The position numbers and the translations under genes are program-made. Below are positions 20,781 to 29,428 of a stretch of 64,000 bases of DNA, piece after piece. The notes under the pieces are model-generated. The model made no database searches. It was not told where the DNA came from and saw only the letters and a list, made by a program, of their open reading frames with translations. Each line of letters starts with the position of its first letter. Positions within the stretch are counted from its first letter, which is position 1. This DNA comes from Acidobacteriota bacterium (GTDB lineage Bacteria > Acidobacteriota > Terriglobia > Terriglobales > SCQP01), in NCBI GenBank assembly GCA_004299485.1, contig SCQP01000007.1, positions 142,623-206,622 of the forward strand, given 5' to 3'.

Positions 20781-23015
20781 TTAGGCGTGGGGATGGCCGC
20801 CACCACCGGGGCCGCGCGATACGTGCGGCGCAGAGTGGACGGCGGGGGCGCGATACGCCGGAGCGTGATACGCAGGTGCATGGTAAGCCGGGGCGCGGTA
20901 CGCGGGCGCGTGATACGCCGGAGCACGATACGTGGGCTCGTGGTACGCCGGAGCGCGGTAGGCGGGTTCACGGTAAGTGGGCTCGTGGTACGCCGGAGCG
21001 CGATAGGCCGGCTCCCGGTAAGCGGGCTGATGATAGGCCGGGGCTTGGTCACGCGGAGCCGAGACGATGGGATGGCCCACCTCAAGCGGCGGCCGGTAGC
21101 TGCCGCGCGGAGCACGCTCCTGCGGCGTAAAGCCGCGAGCCTCGGGCTGCTGATCCCGAGGCTGCGGGCGGAAGGTCCGCCATCCGCCCCCGCCGCCCGG
21201 TTTGCGGGGCGACGCGGAAGGACGGGGAGCGGCTTCGCGAGGCGCGGGTGAAGACTGGCGCGGCGTGAAGAAGTGCGACGCATTGCCGCGCGGAGCATTC
21301 TCGCGGGGCGCGGCGTTGCGCTGGCCGGGCTGCATGGCACGGGCATTGCCGTTGCCGAAACTCCGCCAACCGGAGCGTGCCGGGGGCGCGGAGCGCTCGG
21401 GGCGCGGCTGCGCCTGATGGGGTTGCACCTGCCGCAGCGAGCCGGAACTTTCAAAATGCTGCATCCGGCCCGTTGCGGCGGGAGCACGCGCCGGCTCGGC
21501 CGGCCGCGCGGTGCGGGTCGCAGGCGCACCACGCAGCGCCGTCTGCACGTGGGCGCGTTCCTGGGTAAACGTGGGCCGCGACATCACCGTCCCACGCTGC
21601 CCGAAGAAATGAGAAGCGGTATGCACGGGCGCGCGCCCGGGCCGCTCAAAGCGGCTGCTGGTGAGGCTGGCCCGCGTCGGAACCACCGGCAGCGTGCCGC
21701 CAAGCACCCGGCTGCCGCGGATTTCCGACGCCGTCACGTGCGAACGCGCGCCCATACCGCCGCGCGCAAAGCGCCCTTGCGGCACCCGGATCAGTGCCGT
21801 GCGCACGCGGGCGTTGGTGCGCAGATCGCGCAGATTCGAGTAGGCCACCCGCTCATGGCTCACGACCGCGAGCGGAGGCAGCACGCTCCGGCCGCGAATC
21901 ACGTTGATGTTGGTGATATTGACGTAGGTGACGTTAAAGGAGTTAAACCCGCCCCACCACGGCCGGAAGGGATCGCACGGCCCGATCGGTAGCCAGCCGA
22001 TGCTGCCAAAGCCCACGCCCACGCCAAAGCCGCCGCCCCAGCCGAAGAAGGAGACGTACGCCGGCGCCCAAATAGGCTGATAGAACGGCGTCACCGGCCC
22101 CGGCCACCACACCCAGTTGGCGCCATAGACGAACCAGCGGCCATAGTGATACGGCGCCCAGCCCCAGGGCTCATAGGAAACCCACGTCCAGCCCCAGTAG
22201 GGCTCCCACGTCCAGCGGCCATCGCTGTAGGGCGTCCAGCCGTTCTGATTGTCAGGAACCCAGACCTGGCCGTAGCCGGGAACCTCGTTCCAGTAACCGT
22301 AACCTTCGAGCGCCTGCGAGCCGGTGTAGTAGCGGTTGGCGTGATTGTAGGCTTGCGCTTCTTCTACGGCGCGGTCACGGTTCTCGTTCCACTGATCCCA
22401 GGAATCGCGTCCAGGAGCATCGCTGATCTGGTACTGCGGCGAATCGACGCCCTCAACCGTAATCATCTGTCCCGCGTTCAGCCGGGTGCTCCCCTGCGGC
22501 GTGCTGATCTCCGCTTCGCCACGGCGCACGATCACCTGCGTTTGGTTGTTGGAAGAAACCAGAATGCGGTAGACACCCGCCCGCTGCGGGTAAATGGCGA
22601 TGTTGGGCGTGTCGATTTCCGACGTCGCCTCAGCGCCCTTGAGCACAATGTAGTCGGCGAGGCCGGAACCGACCTGCACCTGGATATTCTTGCGCGAGAG
22701 ATTGACCAGATTCACGTCGGCGTTATCGCCCAGCCGGATCAGGTTGGCGTAGTCGATTTGCACTTCGGCGCGCGAACCCTCGCCGGCGGCTATCTTATCG
22801 CCGCTCAACAAGGGCGTATTGACCGCGCCCGCGACCCAATCGCCGCTATCGGCGCGCTGGGTGGAAACGTTGCCGCGGATGGCGCTCAGGTGCGCCACCA
22901 CGTCGTTCGAGACCGGCGGTTGGTTCTGATCCTGCTCCGGTCCCTGCGCCAAAGCCGTCCAGGCGAATAACCCAGCCAGCCCAAGTACCAGGAAACGCGA
23001 AATCGCTGCCTTCAT
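20781..23015 (-). CDS. Secreted FecR-domain / DUF6600 (YXWGXW-repeat) protein with a C-terminal P-A-Y-[RH]-x pentapeptide array
   Basis: Start moved to ATG 23015 (MKAAISRFLVLGLAGLFAWTALAQ signal peptide), preceded by GGAGGTG 6 nt upstream. W/Y/G-rich core YWGWTWVSYEPWGWAPYHYGRW. Confidence 0.75.
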   Translation of the reverse strand: MKAAISRFLVLGLAGLFAWTALAQGPEQDQNQPPVSNDVVAHLSAIRGNVSTQRADSGDWVAGAVNTPLLSGDKIAAGEGSRAEVQIDYANLIRLGDNADVNLVNLSRKNIQVQVGSGLADYIVLKGAEATSEIDTPNIAIYPQRAGVYRILVSSNNQTQVIVRRGEAEISTPQGSTRLNAGQMITVEGVDSPQYQISDAPGRDSWDQWNENRDRAVEEAQAYNHANRYYTGSQALEGYGYWNEVPGYGQVWVPDNQNGWTPYSDGRWTWEPYWGWTWVSYEPWGWAPYHYGRWFVYGANWVWWPGPVTPFYQPIWAPAYVSFFGWGGGFGVGVGFGSIGWLPIGPCDPFRPWWGGFNSFNVTYVNITNINVIRGRSVLPPLAVVSHERVAYSNLRDLRTNARVRTALIRVPQGRFARGGMGARSHVTASEIRGSRVLGGTLPVVPTRASLTSSRFERPGRAPVHTASHFFGQRGTVMSRPTFTQERAHVQTALRGAPATRTARPAEPARAPAATGRMQHFESSGSLRQVQPHQAQPRPERSAPPARSGWRSFGNGNARAMQPGQRNAAPRENAPRGNASHFFTPRQSSPAPREAAPRPSASPRKPGGGGGWRTFRPQPRDQQPEARGFTPQERAPRGSYRPPLEVGHPIVSAPRDQAPAYHQPAYREPAYRAPAYHEPTYREPAYRAPAYHEPTYRAPAYHAPAYRAPAYHAPAYHAPAYRAPAVHSAPHVSRGPGGGGHPHA
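20841..21045 (-). repeat. 15-bp tandem coding repeat (about 13 units) encoding PAY[RH][AEQ]
   Basis: Protein tail reads PAYHQPAYREPAYRAPAYHEPTYREPAYRAPAYHEPTYRAPAYHAPAYRAPAYHAPAYHAPAYRAPA. DNA shows period-15 GGCGCG(A/G)TA(C/G)GC-like units. Confidence 0.85.
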
Positions 23016-23050
23016 AAAGGCACCTCCACAATGCTGCAGCCTTTCTATTG

Positions 23051-23065
23051 GCACGTGGCGGGCCA
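23051..23065 (-). promoter_or_regulatory. Candidate sigma-54 (-24/-12) promoter for the FecR/DUF6600 gene
   Basis: Minus strand reads TTGGCCC-GCCAC-GTGCC versus consensus TGGCAC-N5-TTGC, with correct GG-N10-GC spacing. The -12 GC is 35 nt from the ATG. An NtrC-type activator gene lies immediately upstream. Confidence 0.35.
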
Positions 23066-23171
23066 AAGCGCAAAGGCTTCTTATTCAAGCAGATGCGCTG
23101 AAGATGCGGTTCGATTCGGTGGCTGGAAAAAACCAGAGTGGTGGATTTCGGCCACCCGGACGCGTAGGCCA

Positions 23172-24533
23172 CTACGCGCCGTCATCCTCTTCGCCCATGG
23201 TGGAGAGGCGGTAGCGCAGGGCGTTGCGCGAAAGCCCGAGCAGCCGCGCCGCCTGGCTCTTATTGCCGTTGGCGCGCCGCAGCGCGTCGCGGATGACTTC
23301 CTGCTCCCAGCGTTCCAGCGTCCAGCCGCTCGGCAACAGCGCGCCGCCGGGCTGAGGCGGTAGCGGCGGCGAGAATTCGAGATGGATGTCGGCCACATCA
23401 AGCGTGGCGCGGTCGCTCAAAGCCACTGCGCGCTCGACGATGTTTTCCAGCTCGCGGATATTGCCCGGCCAATCCGCCGCCATCAACTTCGCCACCGCGG
23501 CGGGCGTGAAACCGGTGATGGCTTTGCCGGATTGTTCGGCAAAGCGGCGGAGAAAAAAAGCCGCCAGCTCGGGAATATCTTCCTTGTGCTCCCGCAGCGG
23601 CGGAATCTCGATGGGTACCACGTTGAGGCGATAGTACAAATCCTCGCGGAAGCTGCCCTCTTCCAGCGCCGCGCGCAGGTTGCGGTTGGTGGCGGCGATC
23701 AGGCGCACATCGACCTGCAGCGTGCGCGTGCCGCCCAGGCGCTCGAATGCGCGCTCCTGCAGCACGCGCAGCAGCTTAGCCTGCACGGCCAGTGGCACGT
23801 CGCCGATTTCATCCAGGAACAGCGTGCCGTGATCGGCGAGCTCGAATTTACCCGGCTTCATGCGGGCCGCGCCGGTAAAGGCGCCCTTTTCGTAGCCGAA
23901 CAACTCGCTCTCCAGCAGATTTTCGGGAATGGCGGCGCAATTGATCTTGATAAACGGTCCCGCGGCGCGGCGCGAGTTTTCATGCAGCGCGCGGGCAATG
24001 CGGTCCTTGCCCACGCCACTTTCCCCGCCCAGCAGCACCGTGGACTGCGCCGGCGCGACGCGCGCCACCAGCGCCAGCACCTCCTGCATGCGCGCGCTCG
24101 AGCCAATAATGTTGGGGAAGCTGTAACGCTCGCCCAGCGCCGCGCGCAGCGAGGCATTCTCGCGCCGCAGATTCGAAACCCCCAACTCTTTGTTGACCAC
24201 CAGCCGCAACTCTTCCAGCGGAAACGGCTTGAGCACATAATCGGCCGCGCCCGCCTTCATCGCCTCGACCGCCGTCTCGACCGTGCCGTGCGCCGTCATC
24301 ACCACCACGGGCAGCTCCGGGTTGTCGCGCTTGATCGCCTGCAAAAAGGCGAGGCCGTCCATGCCCGGCAGCCGCAAGTCGGTAATCACCAGATCGACCG
24401 GCTCCTCGCGCAGCTTCTGCATGCCCTCCTCGGCCGTCGGTGCCGTGATGACGCGCTGGCCGTTCCCGGCCAACTGCAGCTCCAGCAGCCGCAGCATTTT
24501 GGCTTCGTCATCCACGATGAGCAGTGTCGGCAT
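23172..24533 (-). CDS. Sigma-54-dependent response regulator (NtrC family: REC + AAA+ + Fis HTH)
   Basis: Start at internal ATG 24533 ([10 protein letters not shown]...). [22 protein letters not shown] Walker A, GAFTGA sigma-54 contact loop, C-terminal [16 protein letters not shown]. Confidence 0.9.
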   Translation of the reverse strand: MPTLLIVDDEAKMLRLLELQLAGNGQRVITAPTAEEGMQKLREEPVDLVITDLRLPGMDGLAFLQAIKRDNPELPVVVMTAHGTVETAVEAMKAGAADYVLKPFPLEELRLVVNKELGVSNLRRENASLRAALGERYSFPNIIGSSARMQEVLALVARVAPAQSTVLLGGESGVGKDRIARALHENSRRAAGPFIKINCAAIPENLLESELFGYEKGAFTGAARMKPGKFELADHGTLFLDEIGDVPLAVQAKLLRVLQERAFERLGGTRTLQVDVRLIAATNRNLRAALEEGSFREDLYYRLNVVPIEIPPLREHKEDIPELAAFFLRRFAEQSGKAITGFTPAAVAKLMAADWPGNIRELENIVERAVALSDRATLDVADIHLEFSPPLPPQPGGALLPSGWTLERWEQEVIRDALRRANGNKSQAARLLGLSRNALRYRLSTMGEEDDGA

Positions 24534-25734
24534 GCTTGTATTCTCCCCCTGGAAGGAATAGCTCAAACGCCGCGCCGCCCGCGCCGCGGCCCAGGCGGAT
24601 CCAGCCCCCGTGCTGATCCATGATTTTGGCCACGATCGCCAGCCCCAGGCCGACGCCGGTGGGTTTGGTGGTGAAAAAAGGATTGAAGATCTGCTCGCGC
24701 AGCTCCTCCGGCACGCCCGGGCCGGTATCGCGGAAAACAATCTGCACGCCGCCGGCCAGCGCCTCCGCAGTCACCCGCAGGGTGCCCTCCGCCATCGCCT
24801 CCAATGCGTTCTGCGCCAGGTTGGCGAAGGCGCGCTCGCACAGCGTGGCATCGAGCGGCAGCAGCGGCAGCGCCTTCGCATACGCGCGCTCGACCACGAT
24901 CCCGGCGCCGGGGTGCACGCTGGCGAGCGCGCGGTCGAGCAGTTGCGCCACGTCGGTGGGCTCGCGTTGCAACTGCAGCGGCTTGGCGAAATCGAGAAAG
25001 CGCGACACTAACAAATTGGTGCGGTTCACTTCTTCGGAGATGTAACCCGCCAGCTCGAGCGCCACCGGTGAGGCGCCGTGCAGTTCTTTCTGCAGCATTT
25101 CCGCCGAGCCTTTGATCACCTGCAGCGGATTGCGAATCTCATGCGCCAGCCCGGCGGAAAGCTGCCCCAGCGCGGCCAGCCGCTCGGCGGTGCGCGCCTC
25201 CGCCTGTGCCTGCGCGAGCGACTCCGCGGTCTGGCGGTACAGATCGCGCTGCTGGCGCGTCTCGACCACGAAGCGGTTGATGATCAGGGCCACGAAATAA
25301 AAGAAGAACACCCGCAGCGCCAGCTCGTCGCGCGCCTCCGCCGTCAGCCGGTAGTACTGCAGCGCCGGCCAGAGATAGGCGACGTAGGCGGCGGAGCTGA
25401 GCGTGGTCCAGCCCAGCGTGCCCCAGGGGCCGAAGAGCATGGCCGCGGTGACCACGGGAATGTAATAGATCGGGTAGTAGCGGCTGTTGATGGCAATGAC
25501 ACCGGTGTGGCCGATAAGCAACGTCGCCAGCGCAATCTTGATCAGCACCGCGAGTGCCGGACCGCGCTGCGGCGCGTGCGCCAGCAGCCGCCCCTCAAAA
25601 ATCTGAAAGACGGCAAAGCCGAACAGAATCAACTGCTTATGGATTTCCGTGATGGGCGGCAGAATCGCCAGCCCGGCCAGAAACACCAGCCAGATCAAAT
25701 CCATCCACGTCCATACCGGCCTTCGGCTCTCCAC
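24508..25734 (-). CDS. Membrane sensor histidine kinase (HisKA + HATPase_c)
   Basis: 408 aa, GTG start. ~6 N-terminal TM, H-box LSAGLAHEIRNPL, DTGPGVP...GVGLGLAIV. Overlaps the response-regulator start by 26 nt. Confidence 0.88.
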   Translation of the reverse strand: MESRRPVWTWMDLIWLVFLAGLAILPPITEIHKQLILFGFAVFQIFEGRLLAHAPQRGPALAVLIKIALATLLIGHTGVIAINSRYYPIYYIPVVTAAMLFGPWGTLGWTTLSSAAYVAYLWPALQYYRLTAEARDELALRVFFFYFVALIINRFVVETRQQRDLYRQTAESLAQAQAEARTAERLAALGQLSAGLAHEIRNPLQVIKGSAEMLQKELHGASPVALELAGYISEEVNRTNLLVSRFLDFAKPLQLQREPTDVAQLLDRALASVHPGAGIVVERAYAKALPLLPLDATLCERAFANLAQNALEAMAEGTLRVTAEALAGGVQIVFRDTGPGVPEELREQIFNPFFTTKPTGVGLGLAIVAKIMDQHGGWIRLGRGAGGAAFELFLPGGEYKHADTAHRG

Positions 25735-25746
25735 CCGCTGAATCTA

Positions 25747-25848
25747 CCACGAGCCGGGCAGCGGAGCCGGGGCACAGGGGCCCCCGGCGAAGCGGCCGTG
25801 CGGCCTTAGAGAGCGGGCCGCGCGGCAGCGCCGCGCTGGGTGCCCGCG
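25747..25848 (-). repeat. Dispersed structured repeat, subfamily III, copy F (inverted relative to G)
   Basis: The reverse complement aligns with 3129-3228 over ~100 nt. Hairpin GCGCGGC-gct-GCCGCGC is equivalent to G's GCGTGGC-ttc-GCCACGC. Shares GCCGGGG-N9-CCCCGGC. Confidence 0.75.
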
Positions 25849-25930
25849 ATTAAGAAATGCTCCCTGGCCTCTGGCCTCTGGACCCTGGCATATGTCATAG
25901 TGCAGGCTGAATTCCTGGGAGGTTGATAAT

Positions 25931-27787
25931 ATGGACGCCCTCGATAGCAACCGCCGTCGTTTTCTCGCCGCCTGCTCGACCTTGGGCATTTCCGCCACCC
26001 TGCTGCCCGGCCTGCTCTGGGGCAAGATGCTGGAGCAAGATCCCAAGGCCGCCGCCGTCGCCGTCACCCCCGAGCTCATTGATGGATCGGCCGCGCTTGC
26101 CGGGCTGAGTATCGACGACGCCGAGCGCACGCGCATGGCGCGCATTTTCCACGAGCAACTGCAGAGCCTCGATGAACTGCGCCAACTCCCGCTGCACAAC
26201 TGGGACCCGCCGGCGCAGATCTTTTCGCCCGTCCTGCCCACCATGACGTTTGAAAAGGAGCACCGGCCGACGCGCCTGGCGCGCATTCCGGCGCCGCGCG
26301 CGCCCCGGGACCTCGAAGACGTGGCGTTCTATAGCGTGCGCCAGTTGGGCGAGCTGATCCGCACCAGGCGCGTCAGCTCCGTGAACCTGACGGAGATGTA
26401 TCTACAGCGGCTGAAGCGCTACGATCCGCTGCTGCTGTTCGTCATTACTTATACCGAAGAGCGCGCCCTGGCGCACGCGCGCGAAGCCGACCGCGACCTT
26501 GCTGCCGGGCGCTACCGCGGCCCGCTGCATGGCATTCCCTGGGGCGCGAAAGATCTGCTCGCGGTCAAGGGCTATCCCACCACCTGGGGCGCCCAGCCCT
26601 ACGAACACCAGATGATTGACGAAGACGCCACCGTCGTGAAGCGGCTCGATGCCGCGGGCGCAGTGCTGATCGCCAAGCTCTCGCTGGGCGCGCTGGCGCA
26701 GGATGACGTCTGGTTTGGCGGCCAGACGCGCAACCCCTGGAAGCCCAGCCAGGGCTCCAGCGGATCCTCGGCCGGCCCAGCCTCGGCCACCTCGGCCGGC
26801 TGCGTGGGCTTTTCGATCGGCTCGGAAACCGAAGGCTCGATCTCCAGCCCTTCGACCCGCTGCGGCGTCACCGGCTTGCGGCCCACGTTTGGCCGCGTGG
26901 ACCGCTCCGGCGCGATGACCTTATCCTGGACTCAGGACAAACTCGGCCCCATCTGCCGCCGCGTGGAAGACGCGATTCTGGTGTTGCAGGCCATCTATGG
27001 CCCCATGCGCGACGATCCCAAAGCCGACCGCACCGTGCTCGACGTGCCGCTGAACTGGGATGCGCAAACGCCGCTCGCCTCGCTGCGCGTCGGCTACGTC
27101 AAGGCCGCTTTCGAGCAAGAGAGTCAGCCCCTGCCGGCCAGCGGCTCGGACGGACGGCGCGGCCGTTTCTTCCAGCGCATGACCCCGGCGGAGCGCGAGG
27201 CTTACGCCGCCCGCCGTGCCGAGCAATCCAAATTCGACAGCGCCGTGCTTGATGCGCTGCGCGGCATGGGCGTAACGCTCAACCCCGTCGAGCTGCCCAA
27301 AGAGCCGCCCTTTGCCGGCTACGGTCCGGCGGTGAACTGCGAAGCCGGCGCCGCGTTCGATCACCTCGTCCGCAGCGGCCGCATCAAACTGATGGAAGCG
27401 CCGGTAAAAAACCCCTCAACCTGGCCGGGCACCTTCCGCGTGGCGCACTTCTACCCCGCCGTCGACTACATCAATGCCGACCGTATCCGCCTCGACCTGA
27501 TGACCCAGATGGATGCCATGATGCACGACCACGACGTCATCGTCGTGCCCACCAATGGCCCCCAGTTGGCCATCACCAACCTCACGGGCCACCCGGCCTG
27601 CATTGTGCCCAACGGCTTCCGCTCCAGCGACGGCACGCCCACCAGCATCACCTTCCTGGGCAAACTCTGCGGCGAAGAAAAACTCTGCCTCCTCGCCCGC
27701 GCCTACCAGGAAAAATCCGGCTTCCACCTCAAACACCCCACCCTCGACGCCGAACTCAAGAAATTCCAGTCAACCGGCAAACGCTAG
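25931..27787 (+). CDS. Amidase-signature family enzyme with Tat signal peptide
   Basis: 618 aa. SNRRRFLAACSTLG twin-arginine leader, GGQTRNPW...GSSGSSAGPASA...GSETEGSISSPS amidase signature. Confidence 0.85.
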   Translation: MDALDSNRRRFLAACSTLGISATLLPGLLWGKMLEQDPKAAAVAVTPELIDGSAALAGLSIDDAERTRMARIFHEQLQSLDELRQLPLHNWDPPAQIFSPVLPTMTFEKEHRPTRLARIPAPRAPRDLEDVAFYSVRQLGELIRTRRVSSVNLTEMYLQRLKRYDPLLLFVITYTEERALAHAREADRDLAAGRYRGPLHGIPWGAKDLLAVKGYPTTWGAQPYEHQMIDEDATVVKRLDAAGAVLIAKLSLGALAQDDVWFGGQTRNPWKPSQGSSGSSAGPASATSAGCVGFSIGSETEGSISSPSTRCGVTGLRPTFGRVDRSGAMTLSWTQDKLGPICRRVEDAILVLQAIYGPMRDDPKADRTVLDVPLNWDAQTPLASLRVGYVKAAFEQESQPLPASGSDGRRGRFFQRMTPAEREAYAARRAEQSKFDSAVLDALRGMGVTLNPVELPKEPPFAGYGPAVNCEAGAAFDHLVRSGRIKLMEAPVKNPSTWPGTFRVAHFYPAVDYINADRIRLDLMTQMDAMMHDHDVIVVPTNGPQLAITNLTGHPACIVPNGFRSSDGTPTSITFLGKLCGEEKLCLLARAYQEKSGFHLKHPTLDAELKKFQSTGKR

Positions 27788-27918
27788 CGCAGCCTCAGCG
27801 CCGCGCGGGTTGGACGATTGGTCGCGTCAGCGGCGGTTTTGGCCAGAAGGCGCAGGGCGAGGTTCACAGAGGCGGCGCCTGGGAATGCCTGCATGAGCTC
27901 GAGCTTTATAGTGAGGCC

Positions 27919-28374
27919 ATGGCGCGGGTGAGCGCGGGGATCTTGCTGTACCGGCGGGGAACGGCTGGCATCGAGGTGTTGCTGGTGCATCCAGGCGGAC
28001 CGTTTTGGGTGAAGAAAGACGCCGGGGCGTGGATGCTGCCCAAGGGCGAGCTGCATCCGGACGAGGAGCCGCTGGCCGGGGCGCAGCGGGAGTTCGCCGA
28101 GGAGACCGGCATCCGCCTCGCGGCGGATGCTAGCTATATGCCCCTCGGCGAGGTGCGGCAGCGCAGCGGGAAAACCGTGATCGCGTTTGCCCTCGAGAGC
28201 GACTGCGACCCGCGCGCCATCCGCAGCAATACATTCGAAATCGAATGGCCGCCGCGGTCGGGCAAACAGCAGCAATTCCCCGAGATCGACCGGGCGGCGT
28301 TTTTTACGCTCGCCGAGGCCCACGAAAAAATTCTGCCCTCCGAGGCTGCATTCCTCGATCGGCTGAATTCCTAA
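27919..28374 (+). CDS. NUDIX hydrolase
   Basis: 151 aa. Nudix box-like PKGELHPDEEPLAGAQREFAEETG. Confidence 0.85.
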   Translation: MARVSAGILLYRRGTAGIEVLLVHPGGPFWVKKDAGAWMLPKGELHPDEEPLAGAQREFAEETGIRLAADASYMPLGEVRQRSGKTVIAFALESDCDPRAIRSNTFEIEWPPRSGKQQQFPEIDRAAFFTLAEAHEKILPSEAAFLDRLNS

Positions 28375-29402
28375 AAGCCAACAGCGACCGGCTCCAGCTC
28401 CAGGCGCACGCCCCAGCGGGCGGCTACAGTCGAGCGAATGTGCTCGGCCAGCGCCATCACCTCAGCCGCCGTGCCGCGGCCGTCGTTGACCAGCGCCAGC
28501 ACGTGCTTGGTCGAGACATGAATGCCGCTCGCCGGCAGGCGGAAGCCTTTGCCGATGCCGGCGTGCTCGATCAGCCAGGCCGCGGAGATTTTGACGCTGC
28601 CACTCGTCCCGGTGAACTGCGGCGGTCGGGCGCCGTCAGCGCGGGCGTCGAGCGCTTCGGCTTCGGCAAGCGACAGCACCGGGTTTTTGAAAAACGATCC
28701 GGCGCTGCGGCTGTCCGGCTCGCCCGGGTCGAGCACCATGGCTTTCCCGCGGCGCAGCGCCAGCACCGCCTCGCGCACGGCAGTGAGCGAGGCATCGCCG
28801 CGGATGTGCTGGCGCAACTCCGGATAACGCAGCCGGGCGGCGCCGCCGGGATGAAGCTGGAACTCAACCGCGGTGATCACGAAGCGCCCGCGATCGGCGG
28901 CATTGAAGCGGCTGGCACGGTAGCCGAAACCGCATTCGGCAGCCGTCAGCTCGACCCAGACGTGTTCGCGTCGGTCCCAGGCGCGCACTTGCGTAATGAC
29001 CTCGGCCACTTCCTGTCCATAGGCGCCTACGTTCTGCACCGGCGTGGCGCCCACGCTGCCGGGAATGCCGCTCAGGCATTCAACCCCGGCCCAGCCGCGC
29101 ACCACGCCGCGCGCAACCACAGCGTCCCAATTCTCGCCGGCGGCGACGCGCACGCGGCCGGCGCCCGTCTCCTGCTCGCCTTCCAGCGCCAGGTGCAGCG
29201 CCAGACCCGCAAAGCCGCCATCGCTCGCCAAAACGTTGCTGCCCGCTCCCAGCACCAGCACCGCAAGCCTGCGCGCCCCGGCCCAGGCCAGCACTTCCGG
29301 AAGCTCGGCTTCCCGCGCCACGTCGGCCCAGTAGCGCGCCGGGCCACCCAAGCCCAGCGTCGTATGCGCCGCCAAGGGTACGTTTTCGCGCAACGCAGTC
29401 AC
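28371..29402 (-). CDS. murB: UDP-N-acetylenolpyruvoylglucosamine reductase
   Basis: 343 aa. LAAHTTLGLGGPA, LGAGSNVL, GAGSFFKNP, HVSTKHVLALVN. Confidence 0.9.
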   Translation of the reverse strand: MTALRENVPLAAHTTLGLGGPARYWADVAREAELPEVLAWAGARRLAVLVLGAGSNVLASDGGFAGLALHLALEGEQETGAGRVRVAAGENWDAVVARGVVRGWAGVECLSGIPGSVGATPVQNVGAYGQEVAEVITQVRAWDRREHVWVELTAAECGFGYRASRFNAADRGRFVITAVEFQLHPGGAARLRYPELRQHIRGDASLTAVREAVLALRRGKAMVLDPGEPDSRSAGSFFKNPVLSLAEAEALDARADGARPPQFTGTSGSVKISAAWLIEHAGIGKGFRLPASGIHVSTKHVLALVNDGRGTAAEVMALAEHIRSTVAARWGVRLELEPVAVGF

Positions 29403-29428
29403 TTCGCCAGCATAGCGCGCTCAAGCCT

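Noticed and set aside
20841-21045. Possible CRISPR array or non-coding VNTR
   Set aside because: The period is only 15 bp with no spacers, and the array lies in-frame inside a long ORF encoding a pentapeptide repeat.
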